Assembly: GCA_963752955.1 (NCBI GenBank)
Contig: CAVWAD010000002.1
Coordinates: 8,573 to 72,572 of the forward strand
Reading direction: 5' to 3'
Length of the DNA stretch: 64,000 nucleotides
Source: an uncultured archaeon
Lineage (GTDB): Archaea > Micrarchaeota > Micrarchaeia > Micrarchaeales > CABMGC01
The position numbers and the translations under genes were made by a program. Below, one piece after another: positions 39,399-46,704 of the stretch. Under the pieces are notes generated by a model. The model was given only the letters and a program-made list of their open reading frames with translations. It had not been told where the DNA came from and made no database searches. The stretch's first letter is position 1; every line of letters starts with the position of its first letter.

Positions 39399-40544
39399 AT
39401 GGGGATACCTATTTATAGGAAGAAACGCACAATCATACACATGGGATGGGTGTTTGGAATGGCGTTGGTGCTGCTGCCGGTGCTGCTGACGTTCGGCGCG
39501 ATAGACGCGCTGGTGCCGGTCCTGATCATAATCGTGCTCATAGCCGCGGCCGCGACCCTGACGAGGGGCTGGAACGCGCTTAACATATTCGGCATAGGCG
39601 TACTCGCGGGCGTGGCCAGGCAGGCCGGCACAAGGGGCTCGATGAGGGGAAAGTCGACCATGACCGGAGGGAGGACGCCCGGGCGTGGCTACTCTAAGCT
39701 GGCTGCGGGGGCGTTCAGGATCAAGGGCAGGACCAGCGACCTGCTCAACACCAAAGCGGCGCTCGCGCCGAAGGAGGCGCAGAAGCTCAGGGCGGAGGCC
39801 AAAACCCTGCCCGACGCTGAAAGAATGGCGAAGGAAAAACAGGCAATGCAGCTGGAGAAGAGGGCCCCGATGTACGTGAAGCTAGCGACCGGGCTGGACA
39901 TCGTGGGCATGACGCACGCGAAGAAGATGTGGGGTTCCATGCGCGCGGACATGAAAGATGCAAAGACCGAGAAGGAGGTGCGCGACTCGACGGGAATCAA
40001 CCCGAACTACAATGTTGTGAACTACAATGTTGTGGCCCCCGAGGAGCAGCTGTCCAAGGCGAAGGACGAGATAGCGAAGGAGGTGGCCAAGCGGCAGGGC
40101 GAGCTGAACAGGACATACTACAACATGAACGTCAATCCGAAGATGGCGAGCAAGCTGGAGGCGGAAGCGAATACCGCAATCCAGCCGCTGGTGGCGAAGG
40201 CAGTGCTCTGGGAGCAGGTCAGGGCCGGCCACCTTAGCAATACACTTACAGAAGGGGGGGTCTGGGACCTCGTAAGCCAGATGAGGGAGAGCAGGGGGGT
40301 CTTCGCCCCAGAGAACCTGAGTAGGGAGGCCGGGGTATACACCTCCTCCATTCCGGCCGCGCTGACTTCGTACGTTCCGACGGACTCAAACACCAGGAAG
40401 CTTGCAGACCTGCTGGAGCTGCCTCCGAAGCCTCTCGACCTGGCGGTGCTGGCAGCGGGGTCGCTCATGACGGGAGGCGCATACTTCGCGGCTCACGTGG
40501 TCAACAGAAAGATCGAAAAGAGAAGGAAATACGAGGAGCTTTAG
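39399..40544 (+). CDS. membrane protein with N- and C-terminal TM segments and a K/E-rich helical middle
   Basis: The start ATG at 39399 lies inside the right copy of the IS duplication. The track start at 39387 is inside the IS inverted repeat, and an alternative ATG is at 39441. The N-terminal TM pair is MALVLLPVLLTF../VPVLIIIVLIAAAATL and the C-terminal TM is LAVLAAGSLMTGGAYFAAHVV. Confidence 0.6.
   Translation: MGIPIYRKKRTIIHMGWVFGMALVLLPVLLTFGAIDALVPVLIIIVLIAAAATLTRGWNALNIFGIGVLAGVARQAGTRGSMRGKSTMTGGRTPGRGYSKLAAGAFRIKGRTSDLLNTKAALAPKEAQKLRAEAKTLPDAERMAKEKQAMQLEKRAPMYVKLATGLDIVGMTHAKKMWGSMRADMKDAKTEKEVRDSTGINPNYNVVNYNVVAPEEQLSKAKDEIAKEVAKRQGELNRTYYNMNVNPKMASKLEAEANTAIQPLVAKAVLWEQVRAGHLSNTLTEGGVWDLVSQMRESRGVFAPENLSREAGVYTSSIPAALTSYVPTDSNTRKLADLLELPPKPLDLAVLAAGSLMTGGAYFAAHVVNRKIEKRRKYEEL
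40004..40033 (+). repeat. perfect 15-bp tandem duplication (encodes NYNVV NYNVV)
   Basis: GAACTACAATGTTGT occurs twice back to back, in frame. Confidence 0.95.
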
Positions 40545-40654
40545 GCCCCGCCAATTCCGAGGAGAAGAAGGGCGAGCAACCCGCCTCCGGGGCGGCGCGG
40601 CAGACAGTAAGACGTTCGGTACGAAGAAAAAAGAGCAGGGGCCCTGATGAGCCT

Positions 40655-40771
40655 TCAGAATTCGTCGGTGTCGTCGTAGTCGTCCTCGTCGTCCGAATCC
40701 GAGTCGAAGTCCTCGTCGTCCTCGTCTTCATCGCTGTCCGCGGCATCGTCCTCTTTTTTTGGCATCGTCAT
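40655..40771 (-). CDS. hyper-acidic microprotein (38 aa, 23 D/E)
   Basis: The product is MTMPKKEDDAADSDEDEDDEDFDSDSDDEDDYDDTDEF. GGAGGT lies 8 nt upstream of the second ATG (40765), and TATA-like CTATATAA/TTTAAATA lie about 30-45 nt upstream. The ORF is below the track threshold. Confidence 0.45.
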   Translation of the reverse strand: MTMPKKEDDAADSDEDEDDEDFDSDSDDEDDYDDTDEF

Positions 40772-40896
40772 CGACCTCCGATCGTTGAATCGCATTTCAT
40801 TATATAGAAAAACTATTTAAAGGTATTGGGGAAGCCCGCGGGCCGCGAGAAGCGCCGAGAAAAGCGTTATAAAACAGATGAGACAGAGTATTTCCG

Positions 40897-40968
40897 GGGC
40901 TTGTAGCGCAACGGTAGCGCGTCTCGTTTGCAACGAGAAGGTTACGGGTTCGAATCCCGTCAAGTCCA
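40897..40968 (+). tRNA. tRNA-Ala (anticodon UGC)
   Basis: The cloverleaf has acceptor GGGCTTG/CAAGTCC with the G3:U70 Ala identity pair, anticodon stem TCTCG/CGAGA, loop TTTGCAA and T-arm ACGGG-TTCGAAT-CCCGT. Confidence 0.9.
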
Positions 40969-40996
40969 CTTTTCGATCTGATGGGACGGCCTAGGC

Positions 40997-41266
40997 CTAG
41001 TATTTATCTGGATGATGCTCGAGATTCACCAAGGAGACTATCTGTTCCTTGTCGTCAACTCTGAACATCAGCACAAACCTGCCGTGCATCAGGTGCACTT
41101 CCCGTACGCCGGCATAGCTGCCATGCATCCATTTGCCTGCCGTATAAGGCGCTTCGGCTATCTTGTCAAGCTTTTTCATAAGCTGATAATAAAGCGCCCT
41201 GTCCCGCTTCTGCAATCTGGCAAGCTCGGCTTCCACACTCTCTACGGGCCTTACCAGATACGTCAT
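40997..41266 (-). CDS. RelE/ParE-family toxin
   Basis: The 89-aa protein has the C-terminal pattern GRFVLMFRVDDKEQIVSLVNLEHH. It lies immediately downstream of a small antitoxin ORF. Confidence 0.65.
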   Translation of the reverse strand: MTYLVRPVESVEAELARLQKRDRALYYQLMKKLDKIAEAPYTAGKWMHGSYAGVREVHLMHGRFVLMFRVDDKEQIVSLVNLEHHPDKY

Positions 41267-41277
41267 TCTAACACGAA

Positions 41278-41505
41278 TTAGGCAAGATTGCGTCTCTTTA
41301 TCGCCCTGTCAAGCTCAGAAACAGATCTGTAAGTGTGGTATTTGCCTTTCGACAGCTCCATGAGCCCGCGTTCCAGCCCAAGGTTCCGCTTCTGACTTAC
41401 CACTTTCCTCAGTACCTTGACCTCGGCTTCAAGGCGGCCTATTTTGGCCGCCATACCCTTCAGTTCCTTCATAATCTGTACCTGTTCGGCCTTCATGTCC
41501 ATCAA
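41278..41505 (-). CDS. antitoxin partner (75 aa, coiled-coil)
   Basis: It is positionally coupled, 11 nt upstream of the toxin. It is similar in layout to 46972..47172. Confidence 0.5.
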   Translation of the reverse strand: MMDMKAEQVQIMKELKGMAAKIGRLEAEVKVLRKVVSQKRNLGLERGLMELSKGKYHTYRSVSELDRAIKRRNLA

Positions 41506-41627
41506 ATATTATGTGATTATAATGACTTAATAATCTTGCGTATGACAGTGAGATTGAGCGACATCTTTAGATAGCCAATTATTGATGCCATGAGGACTTA
41601 TGATGTAGTTTGTATCGTCTGGCAGCA

Positions 41628-41667
41628 AAAATACGCCTCACCTTATGTAGTAAGTCCGTCAAGTCCA
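41628..41667 (+). repeat. cassette junction A: conserved arm plus a 12-nt copy of the tRNA-Ala 3' end
   Basis: AAAATACGCCTCACCTTATGTAGTAAGT is followed by CCGTCAAGTCCA, which equals 40957-40968. It matches junction B at 37/40. Confidence 0.9.
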
Positions 41668-41678
41668 TCTAACCCAGG

Positions 41679-41897
41679 CTAGACGTACTTGAGGATATCT
41701 TCTTTTGTCAAGTTGCAATCGCTTAGGATCTTATTTAGTATTCCCTGCCCCAGTTCCCTGTTGTGGTAGGGAATCGTGGTGTAGTGCTGACCGTCGGTCA
41801 AGAAAATATGGCTTCCCTTTTGCCTAAGGGCGCGGTAGTTGTAGTATTTAGTAAGTATCTTGAGCAAACCCGTGTCTTTGATGGTCAGACGAGGCAT
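41679..41897 (-). CDS. hicA: HicA-family toxin
   Basis: The protein has the pattern RQKGSHIFLTDGQHYTTIPYHNRELGQGILNKIL. Confidence 0.8.
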   Translation of the reverse strand: MPRLTIKDTGLLKILTKYYNYRALRQKGSHIFLTDGQHYTTIPYHNRELGQGILNKILSDCNLTKEDILKYV

Positions 41898-41911
41898 ATG
41901 ACCACCGATCC

Positions 41912-42097
41912 TTAGACGCTGGCTCTAATGGCGATCTTATTCTTGCGCATCTCAACTAGGCCTTCGACTGTGACCTCTATGGCCTCTTTCAGGTTCTTTT
42001 TAAGCTCCCTTATCGTCTTTGCCTGAGTGTTTATGTGGAGCGAGGGTATTCGCGCAGCGTACATCCCTTTCTCCTTCCATATTTCTATGTTTTGCAT
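41912..42097 (-). CDS. hicB: HicB-like antitoxin (UPF0150 type)
   Basis: This 61-aa ORF lies upstream of hicA and has the YAARIPSL..TQAKTIRELKKNLKEAIE pattern. Confidence 0.65.
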   Translation of the reverse strand: MQNIEIWKEKGMYAARIPSLHINTQAKTIRELKKNLKEAIEVTVEGLVEMRKNKIAIRASV

Positions 42098-42159
42098 GCG
42101 CCTACCAAATATATTATGCTATGAAAACTTATAAAGCAGTTAGCCGTCTTCCGGTATCG

Positions 42160-42205
42160 AAAATACCCCTCACCTTACGTCGTAAGTCCGTCAAGTCCAC
42201 TTTTC
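42160..42205 (+). repeat. cassette junction B: conserved arm plus an 18-nt copy of the tRNA-Ala 3' end and its downstream flank
   Basis: AAAATACCCCTCACCTTACGTCGTAAGT is followed by CCGTCAAGTCCACTTTTC, which equals 40957-40974. Confidence 0.9.
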
Positions 42206-42234
42206 TTGTCCTCCATGAGTCTCACAGATGGCTA

Positions 42235-42750
42235 TCACCCGCGTGTCATTATTGCTTTCTTAACCAGTCGTTTAAGGTACTGATTCTTCAGCCTTCTGTA
42301 GGTCTCACCGTCTCCCCTGGCGAGCTTCACCGCCTTCCGCTTTACCTCCTCGTACTTCCTGGCTTCTTCCCTGTGCTCCCTCAGATAATCCCTCAAGGCG
42401 ACCATTTCGATAAAGTCCCTGCTGCCCTGGAAGGTAAGGTGCAGGTGAACCCTCCGTTCTCTTCCATTCAATCCGTAGTCCCTGAAGAAAAACATCCTCA
42501 CCCGAGTACCGGCGGCGGGCACGAATTCATAGCCTCCCTTTTCCAGCAAGTTAGTTGCGGGGCCGATGCTCCTTCTTGGGACCGCTATTGCGATATCGAT
42601 CAGGCCCTTGCCCCTTAATCCCTTCACGGCGCTGCTGCCGACGTGCTCTATTCTCGCGTGCCTTGGCAGTATTCTTCTCAGCCGCGCCAGCTCCTTCTTG
42701 TACAGTATCGGGAAATCCCTGCTGTACCTCCTGAACTTGTATTTCTCCAT
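42235..42750 (-). CDS. GrpB-family protein
   Basis: IEHVGSSAVKGLRGKGLIDIAIAV and HLHL motifs are present. The ATG at 42750 (MEKYKF) was chosen because the longer track ORF overlaps nac on the other strand. Confidence 0.75.
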   Translation of the reverse strand: MEKYKFRRYSRDFPILYKKELARLRRILPRHARIEHVGSSAVKGLRGKGLIDIAIAVPRRSIGPATNLLEKGGYEFVPAAGTRVRMFFFRDYGLNGRERRVHLHLTFQGSRDFIEMVALRDYLREHREEARKYEEVKRKAVKLARGDGETYRRLKNQYLKRLVKKAIMTRG

Positions 42751-42847
42751 CCTATCCGATGTCTTATTTGGCCACGCCAGCCTTGATAAGGCATGCCTTT
42801 CCCAATTCCTATTTAACTTTTGCCCGCCAATTATCCCCGGTGCATTT

Positions 42848-43189
42848 ATGTTTCCGAACATGGACCCCAGGGCGCTGAAGGGGATGCTCGACAGGCTCGG
42901 CATAAAGAGCAGGAGCATAGCCAGCAGCAGGGTAGTAATAGAGTGCGACGGCAAGGACATCGTGATAGAGGAGCCCGAGGTAACTCTCGTGGAGGGCCAG
43001 GGCATGAAGTCGTTCCAGATAAGCGGGAGGGTCAGCGAGGTCGACAGGACCGCCGCGGAGATAAGCGACGACGACGTGAAGTTCGTCAAGGAGCAGACCG
43101 GGGAGCAGGACGATGCTCTCGTCAGGAGGACGCTCGAGGAGACGAAGGGCAACATAGCCGAAGCGATACTGAAGCTCAAGAAGGCCTAG
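42848..43189 (+). CDS. nac: nascent polypeptide-associated complex protein (archaeal NAC)
   Basis: The N-terminus is MFPNMDPRALKGMLDRLGIKS, followed by the NAC domain and a C-terminal UBA-like NIAEAILKLKK. Confidence 0.85.
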   Translation: MFPNMDPRALKGMLDRLGIKSRSIASSRVVIECDGKDIVIEEPEVTLVEGQGMKSFQISGRVSEVDRTAAEISDDDVKFVKEQTGEQDDALVRRTLEETKGNIAEAILKLKKA

Positions 43190-43200
43190 CCCTTCCGCCG

Positions 43201-43509
43201 CTACACTATCGCGTACAGCTGGACGAAGGGCACGCCCTCCACCGCCTTGACGTCATCGGCGCCGACCAGCCCGGACTTCACCACTATCCCGACGGACCTC
43301 TCGCCGACTATGTTCGCCGAGTATATCCTCTCGCCGCTCAGCCTTCCCGCGGCCTCTTCCTCGCTGAGCAGCTCGCCCTTATAGAACGACGCGTACCTGT
43401 CCAGATCCAGCACCAGCTTGCCGCTCCGCAGCACCCTGCCTATGAGCTCCTCGTCGCACATCGCGACCACGCTCCCCTGCTCCGTCAGGTAGCTCTTGAA
43501 GTATATCAT
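43201..43509 (-). CDS. DUF424-family archaeal protein
   Basis: The MIYFKSYLTEQGSVVAMCDEELIG start is typical of DUF424. The protein is 102 aa. Confidence 0.7.
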   Translation of the reverse strand: MIYFKSYLTEQGSVVAMCDEELIGRVLRSGKLVLDLDRYASFYKGELLSEEEAAGRLSGERIYSANIVGERSVGIVVKSGLVGADDVKAVEGVPFVQLYAIV

Positions 43510-43513
43510 GGCG

Positions 43514-45112
43514 TCACCCGTACTTGAAAAAGAAGAAGAAGGTCGAGCCGTACAGGGCCGAGTACCAGAGCAGCCACAGGCCCCCGAAGAGGTTGCTGGC
43601 GGCCACCGCGACGACTCCAGCGGCCAGGAGTATGCCGGAGAAGGACAGCTCCGCGGCGGAGTTCCTGAACGACGAGAAGAGCTTCGCGCCGACCTCGAGC
43701 CCGTCGCCCTTGATCCAGCCCCTCATCGGGCTGTTGTGCAGGACCGCCGCGATGGCCGCCTTCATCCTGGTGAAGGAGAGGGCGAAGTTGAGGACGAAGA
43801 GCATCAGCCCCTTGGAGAAGGAGCCGAAGTAGACCTTCGTGATGACGGCGGGCGTCAGTATCGAGAGCGTGAAGGCGAGCGCGGCGAGGATCTCCAGGTC
43901 CACCACGGGGTACCTTATGAACAGTATCTGCCTCAGGGACGCGGACGCGAACGGCGCGGCCGAGAGCACGACCAGCATCGAGACCAGGGAGAAGAGTATG
44001 AGAACGACGGAGATGTAGTTCAGCCCGAAGCCGTGCGCCACGTAGTCTATCTTCGAGGACGCGGTCATGCCGCGCCTCTTGGCCTTGGCGCCGCCCCTGT
44101 TGAAAGACCTGAACAGGTACGCGAGGAACTGGGTGTCGCCGTAGTTGTAGCGCCACTGCTGCCTGGCCAGCTCGGTGAATGTCAGCAGGGGCCTGCCGAG
44201 GGCGTAGACCTTCGGGAGGTAGACGCTCTTGAAGGAGTTCACGTCGGACTCGAAGCTGAAGAAGGTGTCCTCGGTCACGTACTCGGGGAAGCCGCCTATC
44301 GCGTCGAGCGCCGACCGCCTTATCATGCCGCACGACCCGGCGAAGATGGCCGTGCCGTTGAGCGCCCTCGACGTCTGTATGAACCTGAAGAAGATCGCGT
44401 CGAAGAGGTCGATGCTGTCCGAGAAGAACGTGCCCTTGGCGTACCTCTTCTCGGTCTGCACGAACGCCACGCGCCCGTCCCCGAAGTAGGGGACCAGGTC
44501 CCTGAGGAAGCCCGTGTCGGCCAGGTACTCGTCAGAGTCGAAGACCGCCAGGAACTCCTCCCTGGAGTTGGAGAGCAGGTTGTTGAGCGCCCCGGCCTTG
44601 AACCCCTTCCGGTCGTCGCGGTGTATGTACACCGCCCCGTTGCGCCCGCTCGCGAGCTCTACGCCCCTTCGGATCTCTGGATCCGACGAGTCGTCCAGCA
44701 CGTAATAGGTCACCTTGCCCCTCTCGTAGTCCAGCTCCCTGAGCCGCCTGAGGTTCCTCTCGACCATTGCGGGGTCCTCGTTGTACACGGGCATCGCCAC
44801 GGCCACGCTCGGATAGTGGCGCACCGGCGCGAGGCCCCTCTTAAGCTTCGCGAGATAGCCGTCGTAGAAGTACGACCTGTAGTAGAAGTTGGCGGAGACG
44901 AAGTTCAGGAAGCCGGACGTGGCCGAGAGGGCGGCGAAGCACGCCGCCAGGAAGTACATGTACGCAGTCGTGGCGGTCAGCAGCAGGAACACCGAGAAAG
45001 CGATCCCCACCGCTGAGAGGGCGACGAAGAACACCATTATCAGGAGGCGAGGCAGCACACCCATTGCGAAAGACTTCTCCATCGGATCCCGTTTTTTGCG
45101 CCGGTCAGGCAT
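43514..45112 (-). CDS. processive membrane glycosyltransferase family 2 (cellulose/chitin-synthase-like)
   Basis: TM helices flank a GT-A domain with VAMPVYNED, YYVLDDSSD, VFDSDEY, TED and a QQWRY (QxxRW) motif. Confidence 0.8.
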   Translation of the reverse strand: MPDRRKKRDPMEKSFAMGVLPRLLIMVFFVALSAVGIAFSVFLLLTATTAYMYFLAACFAALSATSGFLNFVSANFYYRSYFYDGYLAKLKRGLAPVRHYPSVAVAMPVYNEDPAMVERNLRRLRELDYERGKVTYYVLDDSSDPEIRRGVELASGRNGAVYIHRDDRKGFKAGALNNLLSNSREEFLAVFDSDEYLADTGFLRDLVPYFGDGRVAFVQTEKRYAKGTFFSDSIDLFDAIFFRFIQTSRALNGTAIFAGSCGMIRRSALDAIGGFPEYVTEDTFFSFESDVNSFKSVYLPKVYALGRPLLTFTELARQQWRYNYGDTQFLAYLFRSFNRGGAKAKRRGMTASSKIDYVAHGFGLNYISVVLILFSLVSMLVVLSAAPFASASLRQILFIRYPVVDLEILAALAFTLSILTPAVITKVYFGSFSKGLMLFVLNFALSFTRMKAAIAAVLHNSPMRGWIKGDGLEVGAKLFSSFRNSAAELSFSGILLAAGVVAVAASNLFGGLWLLWYSALYGSTFFFFFKYG

Positions 45113-45201
45113 AGCTCTGCCTGGGCGGCTTGAATAGATAGCATTAGATAAAAATATTAATTAACCCTGACAAATGAATTCTATGCCAACGGGGCAGTCA
45201 T

Positions 45202-45303
45202 GCCGGGATGGCGGAACCAGGTAACGCGCCAGAACCATTGGCGGCGAAACTCGAGATCTGGTTGCCCTCGCGGGCATTTTGGGTTCGAATCCCAATCCCG
45301 GCG
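45202..45303 (+). tRNA. tRNA-Ser (anticodon CGA) with a putative 16-nt intron at a non-canonical position
   Basis: The acceptor is GCCGGGA/TCCCGGC with discriminator G. A long variable arm (GCCC..GGGC) makes it class II, and the T-arm is TTGGG-TTCGAAT-CCCAA. The anticodon stem CCAGA/TCTGG encloses 23 nt; removing ACCATTGGCGGCGAAA (45234-45249) leaves the loop CTCGAGA. Confidence 0.75.
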
Positions 45304-45375
45304 CCTGACATTTCAACGGCACGGCAGGGTTCGGAGCCGCGCCCAATCACTACAATAGGGATTGGGAATTTACTA

Positions 45376-45573
45376 CTATGTTCTTTTCAACGACCTTAAC
45401 TCTTGAGAAAGCGCAGCACAATTGTAACAGGCAAAGGCACCGGCACCAAATAGGAAAGCGTTCCCAAGGTGACCTGAAAATAATTCTCCAAATGCACTCG
45501 CGCCCCAGGAGACAGTAGCCAGTTTCCACATCGTTGGGGAATGCCTAAACCATGTTTCTGCCACCTTTACCAC
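45376..45573 (-). CDS. hypothetical small membrane protein (65 aa)
   Basis: This is a short ORF with one or two hydrophobic segments. Support is weak. Confidence 0.3.
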   Translation of the reverse strand: MVKVAETWFRHSPTMWKLATVSWGASAFGELFSGHLGNAFLFGAGAFACYNCAALSQELRSLKRT

Positions 45574-45668
45574 CGTATATATTATGGCTAACCAAGTATA
45601 TCGCAGTTAGTGCCTAATTTTAGTCCGAAAAGGTAATATTTATATATTTTAAGTTAATAAATGTCAAA

Positions 45669-46639
45669 ATGCACTACAGCCCGGATTCGCGCGACAGGAG
45701 GCTCCTGTACGAGCTGGACCTCAACAGCCGGCAGCCGTTCAGCGGGCTTGCGAAAAAGCTGCGCCTCAGCAAGGGTGCGGTGGCCTATCGCGTCGAGAAT
45801 CTGCAGGAAAGGGGAGTAATAAAGCAGTTTCAGGCGATTGTCGATACCGGAAAGCTGGAATACACCAGCTTCCGCCTTTACCTCAAGCTCTCGGGGGCGA
45901 CCCCCAGAAAGAGCAGGAGATAATCGATTTCCTGAAGCGGAAGGAGATCGCGATGTGGCTCGTCTCGATAGAGGGGGAATACGACATAGGCGCGGCGTTC
46001 CTTGCAAGATCCATAGGCGAGATGAATGCCCTCTGGAAGGAGCTTCTTGAAAGATACCTCAATTACATTGACGAAAGGCGCTTCGCGATACTTACGAGGG
46101 TACGCTACTTCTCCCGCGCATACCTGGCGGGTCTGGACCAGAACGATTACGAGGCGGATTTCGCGACCGAGCCCGAAGAAACGGACTTGGACGAAACGGA
46201 CATGGCGATCCTGAAGCTGCTCGCGCGGGACGCAAGGATGCCGATCATCGACATCGCGTCAAAAACAGGAATCACCCCCAAAACGGTGATTGCAAGGATC
46301 AGGAGCCTTGAGAAGAAAGGGATCATTGTCGGATATAGGACGGTATTCGATCTGGAGATGCTCGGCTATCAGTATCTCAAGATCGATTTCAGGCTGCACA
46401 ACCTGACGCAGGAAAAGCTGAGGCGTTTCAAGAGCTACATCCGATCGCATCCGAATATCGTCTATGAAGATGAAGCCCTGGGAGGAGATGATATCGAGAT
46501 CGAAATGCAGGTTGCGAACACGCAGGAATTAAACAAGATACTCATGGAGATAAGGTTGAATTTCGCCGAAATAATAAAAGGGTACAGGACGATGCTCTTC
46601 ACAAAAGAGCACAAGTATGCCCCTTTCCCGTCCGGGTAG
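45669..46639 (+). pseudogene. tandem (double) Lrp/AsnC-type regulator interrupted by a frameshift
   Basis: ORF 45669..45923 has an HTH (RRLLYELDLNSRQPFSGLAKKLRLSKGAVAYRVENL). The frame of ORF 45953..46639 is already open from about 45905 as QKEQEIIDFLKRKEIAMWLVSIEGEYD, which continues the RAM domain. The frames switch at the G5/C5 runs at 45893-45905. Confidence 0.7.
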
Positions 46640-46704
46640 GCTCTGAACCACTAACTCCCCTCAGCAATTCCCTGGGCCCCCTCCGCCTTCAGCTCGACAT
46701 AGCT

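Noticed and set aside
40501-40746. 81-aa T/R-rich ORF
   Set aside because: It is a low-complexity out-of-frame reading of the GA(C/T)/GAG-rich acidic microORF region and overlaps the end of the upstream gene. The acidic frame has SD and TATA support.
42751-43179. N-terminal 143 codons of the 314-aa track ORF (GrpB strand)
   Set aside because: The stretch is a low-complexity S/L-rich sequence antisense to the clear nac gene. GrpB homology begins at MEKYKF (42750).
45229-45261. Reading the tRNA at 45202 as tRNA-Met (CAT) with a canonical 37/38 intron
   Set aside because: That reading would give C33 and a pyrimidine at position 37, and a Met anticodon on a class II (long variable arm) body with discriminator G. 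The Ser(CGA) reading gives a canonical loop.
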